The translations under genes were made by a program, and so were the position numbers. Below the pieces are notes generated by a model. That model was given only the letters and a program-made list of their open reading frames with translations. It did not search any database and was not told where the DNA came from. From Antedon mediterranea (Eukaryota; Animalia; Echinodermata): a stretch of 64,000 nucleotides of DNA. How positions within the stretch are numbered: position 1 is the stretch's first letter; every line of letters begins with the position of its first letter. Shown piece by piece: positions 1-12,600 of the stretch. The stretch lies in contig NC_092675.1 in assembly GCF_964355755.1 (NCBI RefSeq), positions 19,626,912 to 19,690,911 on the forward strand. Reading direction: 5' to 3'.

Positions 1-630
1 AAAATCCTACCTGCAATGTAGAGATGTTTTTTCCCCCAACCTAAATATTAATCTGGAATTCACTCAATTGACATCTTGTAACCCCTTTGTAACTATATCC
101 CAGGACCTAATTATATACCAGCATATACTTACAAAACTTTCTTTAAAAGATGTACATGATTTCTGTAAATGGAATCACAACATAATATAAACAGTTAACA
201 GTAGTGGAGCTGCTTGGTGGTGAACGTGCTTGCCTTCCAATCCCAAGGTTCAGGGGTCAATCCTGACCTACTGCCAGGGTTGTAACTCACAGCTATTTCA
301 ACTCCACTCCCAAGCCTTTCAAATAAGACTTAGTTTATGAGCATGATAATTTATAAAATAGTTTATCCATCCTGTAATTGGCGAGTTACTCGCTGGATGC
401 ATATGAAATTTTAAAAATAATGTAAAAAGGCAAAATGTGAGAGTTCAAACTGCCTGATATTGTTGTAAATTAATAATTGTAAAATAATAAAAGTAAGAAA
501 TCCGCTATACACTCCAACCAAGACTCAAACTCTGACCTTATGCTTGTATTATATATACCAGTCATTAGCTTACTAAGTCATTGTTATTGTAAAAGATTAC
601 AAATTTGTATGAGATTGTCTTTTAAAATAG

Positions 631-3600
631 AAAAATTGGGCAACAAAGGAAACAGAAATACGAGAAGCAATGAAAAAGCAACCATCCAGTTTAAATGCTT
701 CACCGATTCACAACAGTTTGATTACAATGCCATCATCTTCAAAAGCTCCACACTTAACTCCAGGTATGTTAAGCTCTGTTTACACTATCAAACTTTATGT
801 GAGAAAACAATGTGATGTGCCTATATATGTACATGATGATATCATATCACTACCACATTTAGGAATATCACTACCACATTTAGGAATATCACTACCATAT
901 TTTGGCAAAAGTTTGATAGTGTAGACATAGCTTAACTCTATAGTGTATTACTCATATACCCTGGTAATTTGATTGGATGGTTTTGTATCACATGGTATTT
1001 CAAATTTTTTCCAATTCTACAGTAAAATAAAATACATTGGTTTTATTCAACATCCAGCTTGTCTAAATTATAAAGTATCTGAATTCATCATGTGATCGTT
1101 TTTTCTTTGCAAATTATTATTTTAATTAATAATAATATATTTATAGCAGTATCTCTTCAGAGATCTATCTTGTGATGTGAATGAATCTGACACACTGTAG
1201 AGCTTTAAGATGGGTTAGTTTCGTATCATGTGCCGCCGTTCAATATTAGTTCTATTGCATGGGAAAACTTCTTTGTAATCGCCAAGATTGTACAGCGATT
1301 TCACTGTGTGCAAAAACTCCTAATGAGATCTATTACATATATTAATTGATTAATATACTATATCATTTTTTATATTCAATTATTTTAATGCAGGTAAATG
1401 TGATAGTCAAGGTACTAGACAGATATTCAGCACTAGAGCTGCTTCAGGAGTTCTTGCTAATGATCTCATCTCCATTCTAGAGTCAAAGGTCAGATACTTA
1501 TTTATTTAGACTTTGCCTGCCTGCATTATATTCTTATTCACTCTGTGAAGACTGCAAAATGAGTTGAGGATGTCTTACACAAACCCTAGCATACAGTATT
1601 TAGTCTTTTTTTAACTCGTCTTTTTCCGTGTTTAAAGCTTGATTCCCACTAGCGACGCAACGTAACGCAACATAAGCAAATGCCCTTCAAATAATTGTGT
1701 TTGCCCCCGCCTGTGTGAAATCAAACCTGCTTGTTGCGCGTCAATGTTAGCATGCCGTAGACTTTGACCTGGTTCACCCCATGTACCTTTGAGTACGCGC
1801 TGTTATTTTGCCTTGCGTTGTTGCGTGAAAGCAAACTGATTTGATTTCCCGTAGCGATGTTTGCAGCACTGTTACGTTGTTGGTTCCCACTTGTGATTGC
1901 ACAATACAACACTTTGCATCGATACATTACGTTGCGTTCTAGTGGGAACCATGCTTAAGTGTCCATAATACAAGATCAGGCACAGTCTTTGTTCTAATAG
2001 TAATACTTTGTTTCTATAGAACATTGCCTAGGATATTTAGTTCCACAAAAATACATCATCTCTGCCTGGTTATGTGTGATTCTTGTTCTTGTTCTTTTTC
2101 CACGTTGTGTAAATTGCATTTTTATGGAAACAAAATAAATGAAATGAAATACACTGACCAATCTTGGTAGTCACATAACGTCACCATAATTTTGATATTT
2201 TTAGGAACTAAAGTTCTCTGCTGACCCAATTAAAGACAATATTTACAAATGGCATGCAAAACTGTTTGATTTCAAGGAAGACAGGTAAACAAAAATAATA
2301 AATTCTTTATATTTCTAAAGCTCTGTCTACACTATCAAACTGTATGCGACAAAACAATGTGCCCAAATATGGATACATCACACTTTTTTTGTGACTAGTT
2401 TGATAGTGTAGACATAATATAACTATAAAAAAAAAATGTGAGCTTGCTCATAATTGTAATTAAAAATAGGTTCTGGTATTTCTAGAACAACATTGGTAAT
2501 ATCCCTGCTTATTGTTCTTCTTCTGGAAAGCTTGGTTTCCACTAGGACACAACACAAGAACATTGCCTCCTAATAAGAACCAAGCCAAAAGCTGAATAAG
2601 CATCATGAAATTAGCCACTTTTTCATTTTGTAGAAATTGTAGACCTGGAGCTACTCTTTAAATAAATTTGAATTGAATTAATAACATTATATCTTTTTAA
2701 CAATATTTTTTCCCAGTGATATTGCTGCAGATTTGAAAGAAATAAATTTAAAGTTTGGATACAACTACATTGAACTGCAATTGGAATTCACCATTGGCCT
2801 TTACCCTTTCTACCCTCCATTAGTCAAGGTCATCAGGCCAAAATTACAGGTTAGAGTTCACTAAATATTTCATAACTTGTTCATAACACATTGTGACTAA
2901 AAGAAAGTACAGTAAAAATTACTGTTTGGAAAGCAGTCAAATATGGCCAGTACTGTACTTTGATTTATACTATAAATGATACTTTCTAAAATACACAGAC
3001 ATGCCTAAAGCTCTGTCTACACTATCAAACTTTGTGTGACAACAAAATGTGATGTTCCCATGTACAGTATATGGACATGATAACACTACCATATTGGGCA
3101 TATCACTACCATATTTGAGCACATCACACTTTTTTTGTCAAACTATTTTTGATTGGTGTAGACAGAGCTTTAAACACAATTTCAGAGACATTCAATATAT
3201 TATTTTTCAACTAAAGGTATATAAAGCAAATAACTATATTGAGGTATTTATTGTTTATAAGCAAAATATCTTAAAATGTCACACTAAAACCCCAAATAAT
3301 TGCTAAACTTTCTAATTAGAAACTGAATCATTAAAGAATCTGAATGTGTCATTTCTATCAAATAAATGGTTGAAAATTTTGCGAGAATTGTTTCTTATAG
3401 AATTGTCATTTATCAGATATTTGACTTCTTTTTAGGATTCAATGATGCAACGTGTTACAAACTTGGACATGTTAAAGCTATCATATTGGTGAGCTTTGAT
3501 TTTACTCAATAAACCTCACGTGTATGGACATTAACTAAGGTTATGTTTATACAAAACCCTTCTTACTTTACACGCCTACTATTTATATGCGTGTTTTCAC

Positions 3601-6600
3601 AGACATACATGAACGTTAACTGCCGTGTTTTGAACAGGAAGGTCAGTCACAGCCAAACGTCTGCTGCTATAATTCATGGTAACTGCTCCCCTAAGATTAC
3701 TTAAAAAAGCTCACCAACCAGCTGGCTGGTCCTCAAATAGCCTTTCTTTATACAACGCCAACTTAGAACCGTGTTGATTTAGTGTGTTGTCGATGAATTG
3801 AATTGAATTGAATTGTATAGCCCTTAGTCTTAAGAGTAGACTGTTATCTTTTGTATATTTATATATAATATAATACTATATTTTAAAATGTTGCTTTTCT
3901 TTGCTTCTAAGGAATCCGACTAAAGACATGAAAACGGTGTTGATGGAAATCTGGGATTATTTAGAAAAATGGGCCAGGTAAGTGATTATAGTTTATATAA
4001 TTATATGCATACCTTTCTATAAGCTAGGCAAGGAATTGTGTAAGACTTGTTTTATTTTCAAATACGCCCAAATCTAGCATGAATTTAACTGAATACTAAG
4101 ATTATTAGTGCGTTGAGAACGTTATTCCCACACACGAGGGTTCTCAATCTACTGCATTTCGTACAATGGGGTCAGAGTTAGGAAAACACCTGTGCAATAA
4201 ACTGACACCAACCTATGTTATGGTAGGCATATCTAATCAAGCCTTGTTTTCTTTCATGTTTGTAGAGTTGATGTTGACAGTGCAAGGAATGATCCACAGG
4301 TTTACTGGGAAGGTGCTTACACAGACTTAGAACATGATTTAGTCAAGTTAGCATTGGTAAGTAAACATAATTCTTCTGGAGCTGTTTTCACCACAGATTT
4401 TGATCTAGTCTGTTGACTTGGAAGAATATTAAAAAAGAATCAATCTTTCTTTGTAAAGCTCTGTCTACACTATCAAACTTTATGTGACAAATGTGGTGTG
4501 CCCGTATATGGATATGATGATGTCATATCACTACCATATTTGGGCACATCACACTTTTTTGGTCAAACTAGTTTGATAATGTAGACCGTTGCTTTAAGAA
4601 TGTAAACCATAAACACATTAACAGACACATAGTTAACATGTAAGATGAATTTTTTGTTTTCAAGACATTAATGTTCAACCAATAAATTAAAAAATTTAGT
4701 AGCTGATTTTTTTAACTCTTTTTTGACCATGCAAATAAAAATGTAAATTTCTTGAAGCTACTTTAAGCTCTGTCTACACTATCAAAGTATCATCGTGTCC
4801 ATATATGGGCACATCACATTTCACATAAAATAATAGATAAATTGTGTCTTCATACTGTAGGTGAGTGAAATAAATCCAAGAGCAAATCAAGAGTTTCTAT
4901 CAATGATGAACTCAAAGCCGGTACACTATAGGCCAAATCAGCAAGTGCCACGAAATCAGGTAAAACTTTGAATTTCTACAATATTAATTTTAATAGTTAC
5001 CAATGCAATCAAGGGAAAATATCCATATAAACAGTCGGACAATACAATATAAATAGAAACAATTTTAATATCATCTGAGAAAGCAGAAAAGTGGTTAATA
5101 TTGACCTTATATAGGCAAGAGAGAGTGAATGCTGAAAGGGTAAAGTGGAGGAAACTCTACCGGAGGTCTGCGCATCAAATCGGAGATGAGAGAATTTCAT
5201 GTTGATTGATAGTAGTGCACTCATTTATCTATTATAACTTAACTGAGAACTTCACAATGTTTTTCAACTGACAACAAATTAACTTAAATAAGAGACAACA
5301 TTTTAATGTTTTGTGATCATTTCTTTTAGGGACGGGGCAATGAATATTGGCAAAAAGGAATTGGTTATGGGCATAATAATAGACCCGGTAAGTTTCAACC
5401 AAAGACCTTACACTGAGAAGATACAAAATATTTTTTGTAAACAATGTTTGTAAGGTCTTGGGCACACACAAGAATATCTTACTGTTTGTTTGAAAAAATG
5501 TACTTAAAATAAATACTAAACATCACTAAAATGAATACCCTAAAGTCATACTTATATATGCATATAGTATTCAACTAAATGTTTACCTTAAATTACTTTT
5601 CTATTATAAGGCTGGGATATAAATGCATTTATTGCTGCTCAGAAGGAAAAGGATAAACAAATAGTTGTAGTGTTAAACAATATAGTGGTTCAACTTCGAA
5701 ACATTTGCTCCAATCAGCTACTGTTAGAATCTGAAATGTCTGACGACCAGGACATGAAAGAGATGGTCTCACTTACATATCTCTATGCAATTATTGAAGG
5801 GTCAGCTCTTTTAACATTTATGGAGGTAGTGTAAACATTTTATTCCCACTAGCGACGCAACGTAACGCAATCTACGCAACGTACGCAAATATATATTAAG
5901 GTTTATTTATTTCAATTGTTCTTGCAGTTAAAAAAAAACACTCATGACAATTTATAAAAATTGGATACATAATATCAAAACATTTACCATTAAAATTAAC
6001 ATCTCCATTTATCAACAACATACAATTACAATTTAAAATATACATTATATAATAAAATACAATTATTAAAACAGAAATTTTGAACTGTCTGATATTGAAT
6101 AATATAATATTGCCCCACGTATATGAATTGTAGTAAATTGCATTAGGCTCGATTATTTAAAATATTTACGAGGTAGGGAATGGGGCTACATTTGTATCGT
6201 TCTGTTTTGACACTGGGGATCGTATTGTGTTTTCTATTTCTTATGTGTTTCTTCTCTTAGGGGTGGTAACCATTCTTTAAATTCAGAATTAAGTAAAGAA
6301 GTACCAAACTTAATGTTTGCCCTTCTAATAATTGTGTTTGCCCCTGTCTGCGTGAAATCAAACCTTCGATGTTTACAGCACTGTTGCGTCGTCGGTTTCC
6401 ACTTGTGGTTACGCAATACAACACTTTGCGTCGATACATCACTGCTTTGCATTCTAGTGGGAACCACGCTTTAGGAAGAAATATATTAATGGAACAAGCA
6501 TTTGTGTAATGAATTCATTATAGCCTAGTCATTGGTTGACCAAGTTCTTTAGCCAATAGTGACTTGTTTATAAAGGATGTGCCTTTAATAATAATAATAA

Positions 6601-9600
6601 TAAACAGTATTTATATAGCGCCTAATGGATCACTGACCCCTCTAGGTGCTTTACATTAGACCTTAACTAATGGTAATAAACTATCCCCCGCCGGACACCA
6701 TTCCGGTATTTCTTAGTCGAGGTTTCGGGGATGGAGACAATCAATAATGTGAAAAAAAATGTAACTAAGCTTAACTATGCTTAACTAGGTAAAACTATCC
6801 CCCGCCGGACACCATCCCGGTATTTCTGAGTCAAGGTTTCAGGGCCAGAATTAAGAATAGAGAGTAAATGAAGCATGCACAACTTAAGCTAGGGTTAAAC
6901 TATCCCCCGCCGGACACCATCCCGGTATTTCTGAGTCAAATGATACTTGTAAAAATAATTGTCTAACTACTCCCCAAAATGTTCTTACCCTACTCGCCAA
7001 AGTAGACATACACTCCTTCCTGAGCTCATGTCTGCTGTTGTTTCTGGTATCTTTTATCTTGTAAACATGTAATGCATACAATTTTTTTTTCAGGCCAGTT
7101 TAAAGGATGTGTCGTTACTTGAAATATGTCGACACACATCTGTAAGTGTAATATTTCAATTTTCTACAAATTGAAGAAATAAAATGTCATTAATATACAA
7201 TGAAATAAAAAAAAAAGTTTATGTAGAACGAAATAACATATTACAATACTCATTTATCTCACTACTCTACCAACCAAATATAAGAAAAAAAGATACAAAT
7301 TGATACCAAGTTAGAATAACCATGAGATAAGGCATCTGAAACAAATATTTTCTTTAATCTTTATTTATCTTTTCTATAATAATGACAATGACAATATGCC
7401 ACATGGATGAAGTACTTGAGCACTGAGCCCCTAGTGTTTCAGTTTGTTTTTCGTCCTGTCCATTATTTTTTATGATAATTTTATATATATAGTTTGAATA
7501 TTTTGCTAACTTTTTATATTTTTATATATACTTTATAAGTTTAATAATAAAAATAATATAATGACAATAATATTTCACTTTTATCTTCTTTTTAGCTTTA
7601 CAAAGTTATACTCGACATAATTAAAGAAATTGGTAAGTTTTAAAAATTATATTGATATAATTTTAATTATATTTTATCATACATTCTGTATTAGAAATTA
7701 CAACTATTATTTGCAACACAATATTTGCACTGCACGTTCGGAAAGAAGCTTAACGTTTGGCGAATATGTTGTTCATTTTTTTCATTTTTAGCATTAAAAC
7801 CAAAATTAGTAGGACTTTTGGGCAACTTACCGAATCAACACAAATCTATCAGCCAGCATTTATCAGTACTAGAAAACAGTGTAAGTATGAGTACGAAAAG
7901 AATTCTATTTCATGTGTTTATAATCTATTTTTCTTATGGTTTAATCAATCCAAAAAACTGGTCTGTCATGGGGTCCTGAGATAGTATTGAATATAAAACA
8001 TGTAATACAACATCAACTTTAGTTTTCGAAACATTTAATTTGAAATTTAATTTTATAGGCTTCAGGGGTCCTTCAACATGTGGATAAAATCGGCAATGGC
8101 AGTATTCCAAAGGATCAAGACTCCAAAAGAATGAAAGTGGAACAAGGATCCAAACCATCGCTCCTTATGATGGCAATATCATGCGGAATGGTGGACTCTG
8201 AGGAAATGAAAGAAAAGAGTGAGGAGGAGTTACTGATGGAAAACTACAACACAACGGTCGCTGGTGAAACGTTAGCAAGGTGTGTGTATATGTACATGAA
8301 ATTTGTTTAACTGATACATTAATGTAGTTTAGAATTTCAGAAATAATATATTTTAAATATTTTTATATTTTACTTTATCATGTAATCATCATGCAATGTG
8401 TTTATATTAATTTAAATTGTCATGTTTTTCAATTTAAGTATATTAATTCATCATAAAACATACATACATTTAATAATATACAGATTGCATGCTTAGAGGT
8501 AATAATCGGGAATGATATTTTGCTCTCGAGAATTATATTTCCCTCAGCTGGCACTTCAGGAAATATATATTCCCTCGTGCAAAATATCATTCCTCAGTGA
8601 TGTCAAATCTTATATTTTACCGATATAAAAGGCGATATCTGTTATATTATATAGCCAACAACACAAGTAGCTAGTAGCTGGATTAGGTAGCTAGGCCTCC
8701 TTTATGTAAATAAGCCTTGCCTTGCGAAGAATAATAATACAGATAATTACTAATTAATGATTCCTTGGCAATACAATATTCACTTAGGCCTAGGTCTTGT
8801 AAATTAACAGAAGAATTGCCATCAATAAGGCGTACATTAAAGATGTATTGTCCCCCAAAAACATGAAAAATGAAGATTAATTAAACCAGACTTTGAATAG
8901 GTTATTGTGCAGTTTTAATATTAAAGTTAATCACTTCCATTGAAAAAAAATAATGTTTCAATTATAAAATAACATGATAAATGGTTAAATTCAACCAAAA
9001 ATCCATTGGCTGGTAGTAGCCAATTTGACAATTTTTTGCTTTAAATTCCATTTTTTTCCGATCCAATTTTTGGTCGAAGTCAATAACTATTATGTGACAT
9101 TAAAATGGCATATTCAACAAAAAAAATTGTAAAAAATTATTTTTCAGGGGGACAATACATCTTTAATAATAATATTATTATCAGGTTCAACAATTTACAA
9201 AAATTAATCATGTATACAGATAAATTTAAAAATGTTGTTTGTTTATCATTAATTTTATAGACAATTTCTCTGTGTTTCACACCTGGTTCGCACAAAATTA
9301 CAAGACGCAATTACAATTGCGGTAAAAGATGACTCTCCGTCTAGCGCTGATGCAGAAAGCACACAAGACTCAATGGAAAATGTCTTGACAAGTGACAGTA
9401 GTCCCTGTTGTAATGGTGCATGTGGTGATGCATCCACTAGTTCTGATGAGGTATGCCATTAAAATCAACTTATAAATTGAATTTAAATAATAAAATTTGG
9501 AAAAAAAGGAACAATCTTTTATTTTTCAAATACTTAAAAATATCTGCGGTTAAACTGCTTGAGTGCATCTACATGATTGTCTTGTTTTGTCACATAGTTT

Positions 9601-12600
9601 CTTATATTGAAACTAGTAATCTGAAATTTGTGGTAGGTACGGTGAACAAATACATAATGTTGTTAACAAAGATATAAATTCCATAGGAGCAAACTTATTA
9701 AATATCTAATAAATATTGATTAAGTATTTTTTTTAAAAGAAGGTAAGGTTATAATGTAAGTTGTCACTAATAAAAATATCCCAATTGACATTTCAATTCG
9801 TAAAATATTTGAGAACACATGTTTGATAAAGAAAGCAAAATGAACACACTAAATAAATGTATATTTTTTGCAGGGTTCTATTAATGGTAACATAGAGGAG
9901 TTGTATTACCAGCACTTACATTGTCTACAGTTTATGCAGTTTACATTTGCAAGTAAGTCTCTCTAAATTGATCATAACATTTGTAAAGCTCTGTCTACAC
10001 TATCAAACAAATGTGACAAACAAATGTGATGTGCCCATATATAGACATGATGATGTCATATCACTACCATATTTGGGCACATCACCACCATATTTGGGCA
10101 CATCACACTTTTTGTTTGATAGTGTAGACAATAATATGCCGATTGTCAAAGCATGAGAATTCTTAATTTCTACTTTACCACAATTATTTTTACATGTGAC
10201 CAGAAAAACCATAAATAGTTCAATTTTTATTAACTACCTGTTCCTATTACAAACTAATTACATTCCTTTATATAAGTTTACATTTCTTATACATTTTGAA
10301 AAAAAATGTTTGCTTGATTATTTCAACAGCAACAGGTGCTGGCCGTAGTCTCTATTCGAATACACAAAAGATTGCCAAACCACTTCCATCTCAGATTTTC
10401 CGAATTGCTCAAGAACTTTCAACATTATCATCATCATTACCATTTTCATTGTCATCCACAATATTTGTGAGATCTGTAAGTTCAACTTCAATTAATTATT
10501 TTAATTTTTTTTTTTCAAAAAAACTACCAAACCATATGCATTGTACTATTACAATTGTAATTTATTTCAACCACAGAAAGTTACAAACATTGTTACTGTT
10601 TTTTTCTTCTCTTTATTATTATTATTTATATATATTTAAAGTAGCAATATTTTTTATTATATTCAAGATTGAAGACTGAGTTATACTTGGCTAATTTCAT
10701 ATTATGACCATGAAAAACCTTCAATTTTGTACACATTTTTGTATTCAGCTATGGGTTTTTGAACTAACATTATGCATTATCTTAACTTTTTCAATTTAAG
10801 GATGAAGAAAAAATCAACCTCATGAGAGCCCTAATTACTGGGTGTGTATACAATGTGGTTTTCGTATTAACATATTGAATAATAGATAGTAGCTAGTATT
10901 GTTTGTTTTGTTGAAAGATAATGTGTGTTGTTATCAACCTCAATGGCGCAGTTCTGTGTTCTTTAAAACTGGAGAACATTGTATATTCCTGCCATTTAAA
11001 TCAAATGTTAAAAGCTTCTTTAGTATATTTCTATAATAATATGTTATTATAATTATAATACAATGTTTTTGTAGGCCATTCAATTAGTGTGTAGCTATGA
11101 CAGTGTTTTAAATTAAAACTGTTATTTTCATTGTAGGCCAGAAGGTACTCCATATTCAGGTGGCTGCTTTGTATTTGATATCTTTTTTCCTCCAAGTTAC
11201 CCAAAGGCTCCTCCAATGGTTACTATTCTTGTAAGTTTGGCAAAATAATTAGGTGCTCATTTAGAATAAAATGATCACCTATTGTTATTGTATAAAATCT
11301 TTATTCTTATGATTCTTCTTTATTTCTCTCTGTACAGATTTTGTGTAACAAATATCTCAAAAAGTTTAATGTTAATGATTACCAAAATTTCACAATGTCT
11401 TTCAAATACTTTAACTTAGTCCTAATAAGCTTTTCAGCGTGATCACTAATCCGTGAAGTCATTTATACGCCATTTTGTGAAATCACATTATCAATCATAT
11501 CTCCATAATTCATTATCACATATTAACGAAATTCACAACACGTAAACTTCAGGTCAAGGGTAAAAATATTAGCAAATAAAAACGCACGAGCACGTAGGGT
11601 CATGCGCGTGAAATCGCGAGTTAAAAATTTATAAAGCTCAAAATTAAGTTTGACCATTTGTGTGTTTAAAAAAATTACTGCGCAAAAACACGTTTTTGCG
11701 CGCGCGATATTAAAAAGCGTAAAAATACGATTTTTTTTGTACAAATCGCATTCTACTCACCATCCTTAGTACATTCACCAAATTTGAGTCAGTTCCGATT
11801 TAAAATAACGCTATACGAGCAGGTTAAAAATGACAAAATGCGCAAATTAATTGCATCAAAGTGCTGAAAATGGTGAAAAATTAGGCATTTTTTAAATGAA
11901 AATATTTCTTCAGAATGCACGATGACCCCCAAATTTTTTAACTTATTCTGGAAGCTATTGAGTTGTAGATATGAATTCATGTACATATTTTACGTATAAA
12001 ATGTTATTACGTCATCAAATGGCCACTTAAATTTAAAATAAAGTTTTTTTTCTTTTTAGTCATATTTTATCACATTCAATGGAACGCATATCTGTTATTT
12101 TGTGCCCGATTTTCGCTCAAATTTTAGTATGTGATTGCTCAATTAATTGACTTTCTCAGGACTTTTGACGACATCATCACGCGTAAAAACTTGAATAACG
12201 TAGGTCGTGTAATTTCACCTTCGCCGTAAATTTGAATATCTTACAGCTCTTCAGAATTTAAGGTTACCTTGATGATTATAATTTATTATGAAAGCTGATG
12301 AAATGTAGATATTAAATCATATAAAAATCAAGCATATCGGATGTTGTGACGTTAACATATGGCCAGTTGAAGTTAAAAAGTAGTTTTTTAATCTTTTTCG
12401 TCAAAGTTATACAAATTTCAAAGAGCGCGCACAGCGCTTCTACGTGCCAAATTCTCTTCCAATTCTTATATTTATTTGCTCAATTCATTATCTTTCGAAA
12501 TTGTCATCATCGAGTTTATTTTGATAATTCTATCATAACAAAAAATTAGAACATGATGTGTGTCCCGTAATTTCACCTATGCTACACTGTATATGATATA

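Noticed and set aside
203-420. Degenerate tRNA-SINE head
   Set aside because: The A/B-box similarity is too eroded to support a call.
1147-1213. Possible first exon ending ATGG|gttagt for the E2 gene
   Set aside because: Exon 631-763 is open and joins 1394 in the correct phase, while including 1147-1213 after it introduces stops. It could still be an alternative start but is unsupported.
6678-6939. True CRISPR array
   Set aside because: Only three 43-nt repeats with 60-70-nt gaps, in a spliceosomal intron beside a LINE tail; kept only as a structured-repeat finding.
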